A DNA stretch of 64,000 nt from Candidatus Omnitrophota bacterium (GTDB lineage: Bacteria > Omnitrophota > Gorgyraeia > Gygaellales > Profunditerraquicolaceae). The stretch covers positions 211,696-275,695 of the forward strand of contig CAWDSS010000010.1 of NCBI GenBank assembly GCA_963805065.1. Reading direction: 5' to 3'. Each line of letters starts with the position of its first letter. Position 1 is the first letter of the stretch. The notes under the pieces were generated by a model that was not told the origin of the DNA, searched no databases, and worked only from the letters and a program-made list of their open reading frames with translations. Below, piece by piece: positions 44,326 through 54,666 of this stretch. The position numbers were made by a program, and so were the translations under genes.

Positions 44326-45919
44326 AAAGATATAGTGATGCGTCTTTGAATTTAGCGTACCCTATTTCAGGAAGTATTTTTTTTAGTTCAAGAAGCACTG
44401 CATACTCGTTGTTTCTGGCAATAGGAAAATCCCAGGAGGAAAATACCAGCCAAAGCCTCTTGTTTTTAGCAACTCCCAAAAAATTGCTATATTCATTTTC
44501 CGTGGGGGTAACTGCGTATGAAAGGCTATAGTCAAAAGTAAGCAACTTATTACTGCCGAACGGAAGAAATACAACCGTGCCCCTATCCATTTCTTTAATT
44601 AGATCGCCATCAGTTGAGTATCGTCTTATGTATAGCTTTGAAGGGAATACCGCGTTCTTACAGGTATACATTATCCTGTCACTCTTACGATAATGCTTTC
44701 CCAGATATTTAATAATTTCCCTGAAGTCATGTTTTTGATAAACTGCCGTGTGTTGATTCGTATCGAAGGGAAAATGATTAGAATAGTATTTCTGCAAAGC
44801 AACGGCATTAAAAATAATAATGGCAACCAGGAAGAAAAATATAAGCTTTCTCTTAAAGAGACTTAAACCCACTGCTACAACAATTATAAAAAACGGCGAG
44901 GAAGCAAAAAGGTACCTATCAACATAACAAGTTTTGAATAATGATGCTGTGAATAAGACTATTACCGGAACAAACAAAACGGCTACAAAAATCTGCATTG
45001 CCAAGTTCTTGCGAAATACTGCCACCCCTAAGAAAAGCAATGCCCCGTAAAGAAAAGTTGAAGCCCTTCCTATCAAAGAGAAAAAATTTACATTATAACC
45101 GATACTGAAATTCTTTAAAGTAAACAGTAAGTATTTGAGGGTGACCCTGTCTCCTGCCCAAATAGGAAACTCGCTGAATGTAGAGGATATTTTATTTTTC
45201 ATGATAAAGAAAATGTTGGGAAGCATGTTTAATATTACGGGTAAAATGAAAACAAAGATAATAACATGGGTTATGATTAACTGTTTAAAATATCCTCTGT
45301 TTATCTTGTTTCTTATAATTAAAAAGAACAAGAATGCAAATAACACCAATAACATAATATAGTGGAAGTAAATTCCCAATATATTCAATACTGCATAGGT
45401 AAATAAATATTTAATCTTCCTCTTATGTATCCAGGCCAGCAAGGAATAAGCTGATAATAAAGATAACAGAGCAATTGCAGCATACGGCCTTAATTCCTGG
45501 GCATAGTGAATTTGAAACGGCGCAATACTGATTAATATCAGGGAAATCCAGGCAACCTTGTGGGAAATGTATTTTTTAACGATCAAGTATAAGGAAACAA
45601 TGCTTAATAATGAAAATATCACAGAGGAAGTCCTTAAGGCAAACTCACCACTTCCGACTAATAACTGATAATAATGCAGGAAGCCGTGGTTGTATAACAT
45701 AAGGTAATAGTGGTTATGTATTAAGAAGGCGGGGTCGAATAGCTTTAACGGATGAGGCAATTTATCAAGGCCGAAATTATTAAGCAAGGCAAATGACTCA
45801 TCATACCAAAAAGCATTACTTCCCAAATGATATAGCCGTAAGAACGCGGCCAATATGATTACCAGAATTATAAATGCCGTATTCTTTTGAGTTGCCTGTA
45901 ATGAACCTTGGTTATGCAT
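44306..45919 (-). CDS. GT39/ArnT-PMT-like polytopic glycosyltransferase
   Basis: About 12 TM segments. First-loop motif FWYDESF. C-terminal soluble domain. Confidence 0.6.
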   Translation of the reverse strand: MHNQGSLQATQKNTAFIILVIILAAFLRLYHLGSNAFWYDESFALLNNFGLDKLPHPLKLFDPAFLIHNHYYLMLYNHGFLHYYQLLVGSGEFALRTSSVIFSLLSIVSLYLIVKKYISHKVAWISLILISIAPFQIHYAQELRPYAAIALLSLLSAYSLLAWIHKRKIKYLFTYAVLNILGIYFHYIMLLVLFAFLFFLIIRNKINRGYFKQLIITHVIIFVFILPVILNMLPNIFFIMKNKISSTFSEFPIWAGDRVTLKYLLFTLKNFSIGYNVNFFSLIGRASTFLYGALLFLGVAVFRKNLAMQIFVAVLFVPVIVLFTASLFKTCYVDRYLFASSPFFIIVVAVGLSLFKRKLIFFFLVAIIIFNAVALQKYYSNHFPFDTNQHTAVYQKHDFREIIKYLGKHYRKSDRIMYTCKNAVFPSKLYIRRYSTDGDLIKEMDRGTVVFLPFGSNKLLTFDYSLSYAVTPTENEYSNFLGVAKNKRLWLVFSSWDFPIARNNEYAVLLELKKILPEIGYAKFKDASLYLFEGGNS

Positions 45920-45931
45920 AATGAATTTTTA

Positions 45932-46873
45932 TTAATAGTTACCAGTGTCAAGGAATTTATTGTCCTTTAAAAAATAAAACAGTGTTTCAGCAATAATCTT
46001 ATGCCCCCCTGCATTGGGATGGTAGTCTTTTGGAATCTCCATCGCTTGTGACCAGTGGGGGTAATTATTTATTACGAAAAAACTTGTATTATTTCGCTTG
46101 AAAGCTCTTTTTAGGTTTTCTAAGCCCGATATATCATCGTGCGCTATGTTATGAAACACAAAAATCAGCTTTATATTATTCTCTTTTAAAATTCTTGTCA
46201 GTGATTCAAAAATAGGCATGACTTTATTTGCTCCGCGGTAATAGTATGAATAATTCCCGAAACTTACATTAAACTTACCCAGTATCTTTCTGTAAGAAAA
46301 ATATGCCATCCTTATTATGTATGAGTGTTCAAACAACTTCCAGAAAATATTTTTTTCCATAACTGGTTCTTCAAAATCCCTGTTAATACAATATATCAGT
46401 ACATAATCAACATTAAACTTAAGTACCTTTTCCCGCAGAGTAATAAGTTCCTGTTCGAGATTATAACCGGGTACGGCAAAATTGAGGACTTGGAACTTGA
46501 CTTTTCCAAAAGAAAGGTTCAGCGTGTTTTCAAGGAGCCGGGGGAAACACTGGACATTCTCAACACCCCAGCCAAAGGCAATGGAATCACCTAATATGGC
46601 AATGCGTTTTGTATTCTTGAGTTTTGCATAACTATACTCGCAATCCCTTAATCCTTGGGATGAAATTTCAATAGTCGTTGGCGGTATCTTAACAAAAAGT
46701 CCCTCAAATTTAATTTTAGTATTGGGATTAAGCTCATTCACCAATCCGGGAATATTTGAATATCTTAACAATTTATGGGGGCTAAGATGCGGCATAGCGC
46801 TACGTAAATACAATTCCGCTATAGCTATAATAATTACGGCGCTAATAACAGGTATGAACTTTCTATTTAGCAC
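45932..46873 (-). CDS. SGNH/GDSL-type hydrolase or acyltransferase-esterase
   Basis: N-terminal TM anchor. Block I IAILGDSIAFGWG. Confidence 0.55.
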   Translation of the reverse strand: MLNRKFIPVISAVIIIAIAELYLRSAMPHLSPHKLLRYSNIPGLVNELNPNTKIKFEGLFVKIPPTTIEISSQGLRDCEYSYAKLKNTKRIAILGDSIAFGWGVENVQCFPRLLENTLNLSFGKVKFQVLNFAVPGYNLEQELITLREKVLKFNVDYVLIYCINRDFEEPVMEKNIFWKLFEHSYIIRMAYFSYRKILGKFNVSFGNYSYYYRGANKVMPIFESLTRILKENNIKLIFVFHNIAHDDISGLENLKRAFKRNNTSFFVINNYPHWSQAMEIPKDYHPNAGGHKIIAETLFYFLKDNKFLDTGNY

Positions 46874-47954
46874 AACAGAATCCGTTGTTACAGGAAATAC
46901 TCCTGATACTCCCCGGGAATAACTTAGAATAGCTTTTTATGCAATAAGCCTTGTAATTCTCTTTCGGGTTATCTATAGAATTGCTAATCAAGTCAATGCA
47001 GCCTTTAACAAATTTTACATTTTGTATTTTTTTCTTCAAGGAATTGTTCCTGCCTCCTAATTTTAAAGACCTTATGCCGCATCTGTGTAACTGCGGGATA
47101 AAACAAACATAACAACCAAATATTGTCTGCCTGATATCAAGGCAAGAAACAATGGAATCCTTTAATTGTTCTCTTTTTTCGCTGTCAAGCCCTTCGCTGA
47201 CTACTTTCACGTCTTTCTGCCTCAGATAACAAGGATAAACCATAAATTTTCTAAACAGCATGTTTTGCAGAGAATACGGAAAATAATTCTGAAATACGTG
47301 TTGGCAGAAAGAATCAATAAAGGAATTCCTTTTGACAATAGATACCGGCAGAATGCGCCTGTTATGGCCGTGCATAAAATTACATAAACCAACCTCATAA
47401 TGGCATAGTTCATTAAATATAAATGTTTCAAAGGTGATTTGCGGGAAATCGGATATTATTTGCCCCATTTCTTCAAAATCAAGATGATACGGTAATATTA
47501 TTCTCTTTATCGCGGGGTTTATTTCTTTTATCAAAGATACTGTTTGGCTATTGAATACCGAGGCCATAATGCTTACGGTGATTTCAAAATCGACGAACGT
47601 ATTTGTTATATATTTTAATAACCCCAAATCAGAAATAATTACTTTATTTATACCAATGGAATCGATTGCCTGCAAAAGAGACTTGACTCTCTCCAAGTGG
47701 GCTTGCGGATAGAATTCATTGAAAACTACTGCTAACCCCTTAGAATGCCTGTCAATTATTTTTTTTGCTTTATAAAGATTTCTAATATCTGTAAAATTTG
47801 CCCCATAATCTGGCCTTCGGTTTATCAGTTCAAAATCTCTGCGATTCTCTACCCATTCATTACTTGAAACAAGGCCGCAGTAGAATGAATCCGCCCCGGA
47901 TTTAATTAAGGGCAAAACCTCATTATGGCTACTCAGAGGGCTATTGATAATCAT
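46863..47954 (-). CDS. peptidase U32 family protein (UbiU/TrhP/RlhA-type, likely Fe-S)
   Basis: ETFIFNELCHYEVGLCNFM fits the core of the U32 signature (L-C-x4-G-x-C). N-terminal ...KSGADSFYCG... resembles the TIM-barrel start of U32 proteins. Confidence 0.55.
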   Translation of the reverse strand: MIINSPLSSHNEVLPLIKSGADSFYCGLVSSNEWVENRRDFELINRRPDYGANFTDIRNLYKAKKIIDRHSKGLAVVFNEFYPQAHLERVKSLLQAIDSIGINKVIISDLGLLKYITNTFVDFEITVSIMASVFNSQTVSLIKEINPAIKRIILPYHLDFEEMGQIISDFPQITFETFIFNELCHYEVGLCNFMHGHNRRILPVSIVKRNSFIDSFCQHVFQNYFPYSLQNMLFRKFMVYPCYLRQKDVKVVSEGLDSEKREQLKDSIVSCLDIRQTIFGCYVCFIPQLHRCGIRSLKLGGRNNSLKKKIQNVKFVKGCIDLISNSIDNPKENYKAYCIKSYSKLFPGSIRSISCNNGFCCAK

Positions 47955-48703
47955 GCTACTTCCTCATGGCTGAGCTTTTCAATAATAATCCTATCGATAT
48001 TCAACTCATTGAGATTATCCGGAATAACACTGTTTATATAAAAAATTGTGTTCCCCGAGATAATCTTATCTTTGCATACATTTAAATAAAAACTACGGCA
48101 TGTTTTTGTACAGCTACCGGAACACAATAGTTGACTGCTAAGGCATTTTCTGGATGTAGCAATATATACGTATGGCACATAAATGGAAGCTGGTAAGTCC
48201 GTTTCGCTATTTCCTCGGCAAATGCCCTGTTGTATATTGCTTAATTCTATCCGCTTTATCCCTTTTTCAAGAAAAAAATCTGACATATGTTGCTGATCCG
48301 CAGAAACTAATTTATAATCCATCAGCCTGCTGTTTCTTAGCTTGTCATCGGATTTCATTTTGGTAAGGAGCCTGCCCCAAGACAATTGCAACTTTGGAAA
48401 ATTATCTTTGATTATTTTTAAATGACCAAGGTCATTAATTACGATTTCCGTGTCTTCCTTCCAACCGTAGATAATCTCCAGGGCTTTATTCAATACCGCA
48501 GTATCTTTATTGGTAAAAAAGGGCAAAACCAGGCTCATAGTAATTCCGTACTCTTCGCATAATGAAAAACAAAGCTCTAAATCATCTTTACCAGGAATGA
48601 AACTAACACAAAATTCTGAACCCAGATAAATCCTGCTATAATCTTTTAATGAAGGCTTATTTTTAAGCTGCGATATTGTTTTTAGGTATAGGACTTTTTC
48701 CAT
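47951..48703 (-). CDS. short U32-like protein (UbiV-like partner)
   Basis: SRIYLGSEFCVSF N-terminal pattern and a C-terminal Cys cluster RKCLSSQLLCSGSCTKTC. ATGA-type overlap with the downstream U32 gene. Confidence 0.45.
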   Translation of the reverse strand: MEKVLYLKTISQLKNKPSLKDYSRIYLGSEFCVSFIPGKDDLELCFSLCEEYGITMSLVLPFFTNKDTAVLNKALEIIYGWKEDTEIVINDLGHLKIIKDNFPKLQLSWGRLLTKMKSDDKLRNSRLMDYKLVSADQQHMSDFFLEKGIKRIELSNIQQGICRGNSETDLPASIYVPYVYIATSRKCLSSQLLCSGSCTKTCRSFYLNVCKDKIISGNTIFYINSVIPDNLNELNIDRIIIEKLSHEEVA

Positions 48704-48715
48704 AAGCGCTTAAAC

Positions 48716-50158
48716 TTACACTTCTTGCCTCAACATATAGTAAAAACCTATTCTTATAAAAATCATTATTTCATTAAAGTCTAACTTTAGGCGGAATATC
48801 CACTTAAAAGTGAATAATTTAACGGTCTTAACTAAAAGAAAATATAATTTTTCCAGGGGTAAAACAAGAAGAAGCTTTGCAACCTTTAAAAGAACCGGAT
48901 ACTTTACGATAACGAAGAATAAAAGCTGCAATCTCTCTATCTGCTTTTTATTCGGGATATTAATGACACCTTTAGGAGACCTCATAGATGAAAATTGATT
49001 AATAGGCTTAATTTCAAAATTATTTTTTCCAGTGATTTGCGCAATCCTTGTGCCTGGAAAAGGATACATTAGAGAAGCAGCGGCAAAATCAGGTTGTATT
49101 TTAATATTCAGCTTCAATGTATCGAAGTCATTTTCCATACTGCTTCCGGGAATACCGAGAATGTTTCCCGTACAAACACTTATCTTGGCGTCTTTAAGGA
49201 TAGTGCAGGCAGTTTCTATTTCGCTGTTAGACATCTGCCTGTTAAGTATTTTCTCTCTGATGCCAGGGTCAGCTGACTCTATGCCTACACCTATCATGTG
49301 GCAATTAGCCTCTTTTAAATTAAGCGCGATATCCCTATCAATACACTTCACATGCGTATAAGCCCAAAAGGGAATCTTGATTTCCTTTTTATAAAGGCTC
49401 AAAAAATCAATAAGCCACTCTTTGTTCAGGGTAAACACATCGTCCTCAAAAATTAAATACTTTAACTTCCCCCATTTCGCTACATTCTGTATCTCAAGTA
49501 ATGCTTTTTCCGGGCTTTGCCGGCGGACAAATTCGCCTTTATTGGCATAAATATTACGCAATGGCTCACTATAACAATAACTGCAGCTAAAAGGGCACCC
49601 CCGGCTTACGATTACTGTTTTAATAGGAATATTGCGTTTTAGCTCATACTGATATAATAGCCCGCGATCAAGCAAAGGCAAGGTATCCACATTCTCTATT
49701 GGGGTCCGCAAATCATTCTTATGAACCTCGTCTCCTGTTTTTAGCCAGATATTTTTTATACCAGTTAAGTCTTGCCCGTGTTCCATCCGGTTGCACAGCT
49801 CTAATAAAGCAAGCTCTCCTTCTCCCATACAAATCGCATCAACACCCTCTTCTTCTATGCATTCAGGGAAAAAAGTTGCGTGGCTGCCTCCGAATATTGA
49901 AAACAGACTGCTATTATCTCTCTTAAGATCACGGTTAACCTTAAATTTAATTTTATGAAAACCGGTTCTAACTGAATAAGCCAATATTTGCGGTCTAAAC
50001 TCCTTTATTCTTCTTTTTATATATTTTATAGAGGATATATCTACCAGATCAGTTTCATGGCCGTGTTCCTTTAAGACGGATGATAATTGCATAATCCCTA
50101 ACGGTTCTCCCCTGATATTCGCTCCAGAAAAAATCTCTTCTATAAATAATACACGCAT
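48716..50158 (-). CDS. cobalamin-binding-domain radical SAM enzyme (class B type) 1
   Basis: N-terminal Rossmann-like B12-type domain (PLGIMQLSSVLKEHGHETDLVD), then SRGCPFSCSYC. Hydrophobic C-terminal tail. Confidence 0.75.
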   Translation of the reverse strand: MRVLFIEEIFSGANIRGEPLGIMQLSSVLKEHGHETDLVDISSIKYIKRRIKEFRPQILAYSVRTGFHKIKFKVNRDLKRDNSSLFSIFGGSHATFFPECIEEEGVDAICMGEGELALLELCNRMEHGQDLTGIKNIWLKTGDEVHKNDLRTPIENVDTLPLLDRGLLYQYELKRNIPIKTVIVSRGCPFSCSYCYSEPLRNIYANKGEFVRRQSPEKALLEIQNVAKWGKLKYLIFEDDVFTLNKEWLIDFLSLYKKEIKIPFWAYTHVKCIDRDIALNLKEANCHMIGVGIESADPGIREKILNRQMSNSEIETACTILKDAKISVCTGNILGIPGSSMENDFDTLKLNIKIQPDFAAASLMYPFPGTRIAQITGKNNFEIKPINQFSSMRSPKGVINIPNKKQIERLQLLFFVIVKYPVLLKVAKLLLVLPLEKLYFLLVKTVKLFTFKWIFRLKLDFNEIMIFIRIGFYYMLRQEV

Positions 50159-50161
50159 TTT

Positions 50162-51679
50162 TTAAGTATTTAAATCAGTGAGCACTCTATTAATATCATT
50201 CGTATTTATAAATTCTCTGCCAGCCCTTTTTAACAGCAACCACCCGTCCTTATAAACCTCTACCTTGAAATGCCCGCTCAATAAGATACTCCTGATTGTA
50301 ACTACATAATTTGCATAATTGAATTTCCAACCGGCGAATTCAAGATTTCTCATGGAAAATAGACAATAATCCCATTCATAATTTTCAAAAGGTGTGATAT
50401 TGTATATACCCAATGCCTTTAAATGCCCCAGCCTTTCTGCTAATGGTTTTATTGTAAAACAACTTGAAGTTTTAGGAATACTCTGGATTATTTTCAATCC
50501 AAGTTTATTCCTCTCTGTCGGCATGTATTCATTCATTGAAAATCCGCGTGAAAAAGGAATTATCCCGACGCTACGGTCAATGAACGTAAAGTGGTAAAGA
50601 TAGTGGCTTAGGGAGGCTGTACAAATAAGCAATACGCCCAGAATAATCTTAAATTTATTATTATTGTGCCGTTCTGACAGATACTTTACTGCGAATATAA
50701 CCGATGCGTAAACAAAGGAAAGGCTTGAAAAAATAGCCGTAGTATCGTTCCTGAAAACAAGCACGGGCAATAAACCAAACAGCGGCAATAATAATTGGGG
50801 TGAAAAAAAAGGTAGCAGCAAATTATGAATGATGTAAACCATAAACAGGCTTGGCAATTGGCGCAAAACAAAATTAAACGGGCCAAGAGGGTAACTTAAC
50901 AGATAACGAAGCGCATCTTTGAACGTTGCCCCGTATGAATCAGAAAACAGAAATGCAAGATCTGCCCGCGGGAGAACAAACAAAAATAAAACAAGCAGCC
51001 ATACGCAGGATACAGCCAATATAATTTTTGCCATTTTGCGTAAATCCCTAAAAAAAGCAAACAAAACGATAGCGAAAATAATATTGGAGATAATTAAATC
51101 TGCCTTGACGGAATTTACCAGAATGAGGAAAAACAAGGCTTGTTTTGTGTTTTTTGAGAAAACAAAGAACAATTCCAACATCAGAAACGGCAGGGCTACG
51201 CAGGTCAAGGTAAATCCTATTGTACTGCCTATGAAGACCAATTGGCTCATAAGATAAGAGGTGCAAATGCAGAATGACAGCCAGCGATTTTTTATAATAA
51301 AAAAACTAAATTTATAGATTATAATTGCCGTGGCTATAAAAAATAACGGCTGTACAATGAGAAGGATATCTGCATAGGTTAACGAGGGGATAAATTTATT
51401 TAAAACCCAGAATATTAATGTGAAAAAATAGCTTTCTATGAAAGAAAAGGGCATTAAAAGATATTCGACAATAGCGTTGGGGGAATGAAATGGTAAATTA
51501 CAAACATTTGTCCCCTGGACAACTGCCCTGAATAGCCTTTCATTGATACCTACCCCGATGAGAAGAGGATTAAGAGAATAGAATCTCAATACATTTAACA
51601 ATACAAACACGGCATAAAGAATTGCCGATAGAAAACATGTTAGGACAAAAAACAAGTCTGTGGACCTGCGATTCAACAT
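50162..51679 (-). CDS. polytopic membrane protein, unknown function (about 12 TM plus a C-terminal soluble domain)
   Basis: 505 aa, hydrophobic for ~370 aa. Embedded between rSAM genes, with a 3-nt gap on one side and a 7-nt overlap on the other. Confidence 0.6.
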   Translation of the reverse strand: MLNRRSTDLFFVLTCFLSAILYAVFVLLNVLRFYSLNPLLIGVGINERLFRAVVQGTNVCNLPFHSPNAIVEYLLMPFSFIESYFFTLIFWVLNKFIPSLTYADILLIVQPLFFIATAIIIYKFSFFIIKNRWLSFCICTSYLMSQLVFIGSTIGFTLTCVALPFLMLELFFVFSKNTKQALFFLILVNSVKADLIISNIIFAIVLFAFFRDLRKMAKIILAVSCVWLLVLFLFVLPRADLAFLFSDSYGATFKDALRYLLSYPLGPFNFVLRQLPSLFMVYIIHNLLLPFFSPQLLLPLFGLLPVLVFRNDTTAIFSSLSFVYASVIFAVKYLSERHNNNKFKIILGVLLICTASLSHYLYHFTFIDRSVGIIPFSRGFSMNEYMPTERNKLGLKIIQSIPKTSSCFTIKPLAERLGHLKALGIYNITPFENYEWDYCLFSMRNLEFAGWKFNYANYVVTIRSILLSGHFKVEVYKDGWLLLKRAGREFINTNDINRVLTDLNT

Positions 51680-53223
51680 AATGCTCCCGGGGTATATTTG
51701 TAGAAAATGTATGGAGAACGTAACACCACTCCTACCGCACAGAATAATTTAGGGATCAGCCTGCGCCTATCCCTGTTAGCTTTCAGAAATATCCCCAAAT
51801 AATTATTATTTAAATAACATTGATAAAAAACATCCAATTTGATTTTCTGTAGATCCGTTTCACTAAACTGCGAGGTTTCATATCCCATGGGATGCCTAGG
51901 ATACTTAATATTAGCCATATCTTTAGAGAATTCCAGGTAATCGAGCAGAGTTTTACGGAATATTTTTACGTTGAACCGTTCAGGGTAAACCGATAACGGG
52001 GATCCCGGTTCTATGGGTATTGTATTGATTATCACGTGGTTATTCTTCTTTCTCATTTTAAGCATAAGGTTAACCGTTTCTTGTATGTCGGCTTTGGTTT
52101 CGTTGGGCAAGCCAATAGTAAAGTGGACATTTGTAAATATACCCTTTCTATCAAGATAAACCAACAAATCCATAATTTGCTCATTCGTAACAGAGAATTT
52201 ATTGAATTGCCGGCGCATTTGCAATGAGCCGCTTTCTATGGTGAGCCCAAGGGCGCTGTAATTTAAATCAAAGGTATTACTAAACTCATCGATGAATTGC
52301 CTGGGAGGAATAAACCAGCTGTCAAAACTTACTCCTATTCTTATCTTCTCTTTTCTTATAATTTCAAATAATCTCAGATAATAGCTGTAGTCATCTTCAG
52401 GGTTGTAAACAATAGCAAAATTTCTGTATCCTAACTCAACAAAACTATTAATTTCTTTAATGACAACCTTGTGGTCACGGTATCTAACGCAAGGCTTAAA
52501 ATTGGTAGTACTCAAGGCCTGGCTACTTGCGCCGCAATTAAAACAGTTATTCCCGCACCCCCTCCCTGTTACAAGCTGAACAATGGAGTTTATCTTATTG
52601 GGCATGGGATAATAGGTAGCGATGGGAGAGGAAACTGCAAGGTTAAAATAACTCTTATGGTTTTTCAGGGCACAAATATCTGAATAATCGTAACTATTTA
52701 GTTCCTCAGAAGTAGCCTGAAATTGTTTATTGCTTCTTTCAATATGCCCACGATTATTTCTAAAAACAAGATTGGCAACATCGCTAAAATCAGTTTCTTC
52801 TTTAAGGACTTTGCGCACAAACGATAACATTGGTATTTCGCCTTCGCCGTCAATAACCGCGTCGATAAATGAATAATCCGTAAGGATATCCCGGGAAAAA
52901 ATAGAGGCTGTAAATCCTCCGAGGACAATTTTTACAGATGAGTTTTCCCTGATTTTCCTAGCCAATTCAATGACATTAAAAAGATGGACATACCAATGCA
53001 GGCCAATTCCTATGACGCGAGGAGATGTTTTATTGATATATTCTACAACTGAAAAGTTCCTATCCAGTGATTTTTCAACAGCGATGTTTAATATTTGGCA
53101 ATTTATGCCATTCCTACGCAACAGGTTTGCCATGCTGAATAAACCTATGGGGTGAGTATTATGAAAACAACCCCTCGGAGTTTCAAGCGGCTGATGCAAC
53201 AATAAAACGTCAATTTTTTCCAT
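51673..53223 (-). CDS. cobalamin-binding-domain radical SAM enzyme 2
   Basis: N-terminal HPIGLFSMANLLRRNGINCQILN, then GRGCGNNCFNC. Confidence 0.7.
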   Translation of the reverse strand: MEKIDVLLLHQPLETPRGCFHNTHPIGLFSMANLLRRNGINCQILNIAVEKSLDRNFSVVEYINKTSPRVIGIGLHWYVHLFNVIELARKIRENSSVKIVLGGFTASIFSRDILTDYSFIDAVIDGEGEIPMLSFVRKVLKEETDFSDVANLVFRNNRGHIERSNKQFQATSEELNSYDYSDICALKNHKSYFNLAVSSPIATYYPMPNKINSIVQLVTGRGCGNNCFNCGASSQALSTTNFKPCVRYRDHKVVIKEINSFVELGYRNFAIVYNPEDDYSYYLRLFEIIRKEKIRIGVSFDSWFIPPRQFIDEFSNTFDLNYSALGLTIESGSLQMRRQFNKFSVTNEQIMDLLVYLDRKGIFTNVHFTIGLPNETKADIQETVNLMLKMRKKNNHVIINTIPIEPGSPLSVYPERFNVKIFRKTLLDYLEFSKDMANIKYPRHPMGYETSQFSETDLQKIKLDVFYQCYLNNNYLGIFLKANRDRRRLIPKLFCAVGVVLRSPYIFYKYTPGALC

Positions 53224-53241
53224 ATGGCATTTTTCCCGCCC

Positions 53242-54660
53242 TTACCAGCTATAGATACTTTTGAGCATAAACGCAATATGGCTCATAAGCATGGAAAATT
53301 TAGGTTTCCTGAGATTTTTGAGAAAAATCAGAATATTTTTTATCCTTTTTAACTTAAAATAAGGAAATACGTATGCAATTAATAAAAACCATTTTAATTG
53401 TTTTCCGGATATGCCCGAGGTACCGAACTGCCGGTTAGATAACAAATAATAATCATCCCATTTACCTGGCTTTGCATTTGCATATTGCCGGTTAAATATA
53501 TCTGAGCCGGGAAAAGGCACTAAGCGCGCGAAACTTACAAAATCCAAATCAGATCCCCTGGAAAACCTGATCGTATCCATAATTGTCTTTTTAGTCTCTC
53601 CTGGCAACCCCAACATAAATTGTCCGATCGTCTGAATACCATATTTATTTACCAATTTGATCTTATCAATAACCTCGGTTTGAGTAATAGGCTTCCTGAT
53701 TTTACGGGTCATATCGACCGAGGAGGTCTCGATACCAAAGCCGAGCTTGTAGCAACCGCTTCTTTTGAATATCCGCAGCAAATCTTCATCGATGCTATCC
53801 AATCTTAAATCGCATACCGTTCCCCAGCTTATGTTTAAATTTCTTTTGATTATCTCATTACATACTTCCATGGCATGTTGTTTTTCTTCTGCAAAACTGA
53901 CGTCAAAAAAACCAAATTCTTTTATCCCGTAATTTTTAACCAGGAATTCCATTTCATCCCCAACAAGCTGGGGCGAACGCTTCCGGAAATTCCTGCCGTG
54001 GACGACATATTCGGAACAAAAAATGCATTTATAAGGACAACCCCTTGAAGTAAGAACAGGCGCAAACGGCGTGTCTCTGAAAAGCATGTCTCCTCCTGTT
54101 TGAGAATATTTCCTTAACGCCGCCCCCTCCCATTCCGGGAAAGGCAATTTATCCAGGTCTTCAATTATGTTACACCCGGCATTCAACACAGCCGCTCCTT
54201 TATCCCAATAGGCTATCCCCAAAATATCCTTAAAATTATCTGATTTTTCATCAAGGCGCCTAATAATCTCAAGACATACCTCCTCGCCTTCTCCAATTAC
54301 AACAATATCCGCTTTCAGGTCTTCAAGGCTTTCCCTGGGTAAAGCTGAGGCATGCGGGCCGCCTACTATAATTTTTATTCTTGGATTGCTCTTTTTTATT
54401 TCGCGTATCATCTCCTTTACAACATTATAGGTAAAAGTATGGCTGGTAAACCCGACAAATTGCGGATTTACCTTTACAACTTCTTTTGCGGCATCTAAAG
54501 GAGAATATTTCTTCTTTGAGAAATCTAATACCTTTACCTTATAATTATTTAATTTTAAAACAGCAGCCAAATAACCCAAACCCATAGGAAAGACAGTATT
54601 GAAGAATTTCATGGGTGGCAAAACGAGCGCTACTAAAGGTGATTGTTTATCAGTTCTCAT
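53242..54660 (-). CDS. cobalamin-binding-domain radical SAM enzyme 3
   Basis: FPMGLGYLAAVLKLNNYKVKVLDF, then SRGCPYKCIFC. Confidence 0.75.
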   Translation of the reverse strand: MRTDKQSPLVALVLPPMKFFNTVFPMGLGYLAAVLKLNNYKVKVLDFSKKKYSPLDAAKEVVKVNPQFVGFTSHTFTYNVVKEMIREIKKSNPRIKIIVGGPHASALPRESLEDLKADIVVIGEGEEVCLEIIRRLDEKSDNFKDILGIAYWDKGAAVLNAGCNIIEDLDKLPFPEWEGAALRKYSQTGGDMLFRDTPFAPVLTSRGCPYKCIFCSEYVVHGRNFRKRSPQLVGDEMEFLVKNYGIKEFGFFDVSFAEEKQHAMEVCNEIIKRNLNISWGTVCDLRLDSIDEDLLRIFKRSGCYKLGFGIETSSVDMTRKIRKPITQTEVIDKIKLVNKYGIQTIGQFMLGLPGETKKTIMDTIRFSRGSDLDFVSFARLVPFPGSDIFNRQYANAKPGKWDDYYLLSNRQFGTSGISGKQLKWFLLIAYVFPYFKLKRIKNILIFLKNLRKPKFSMLMSHIAFMLKSIYSW

Positions 54661-54666
54661 TTTAAA

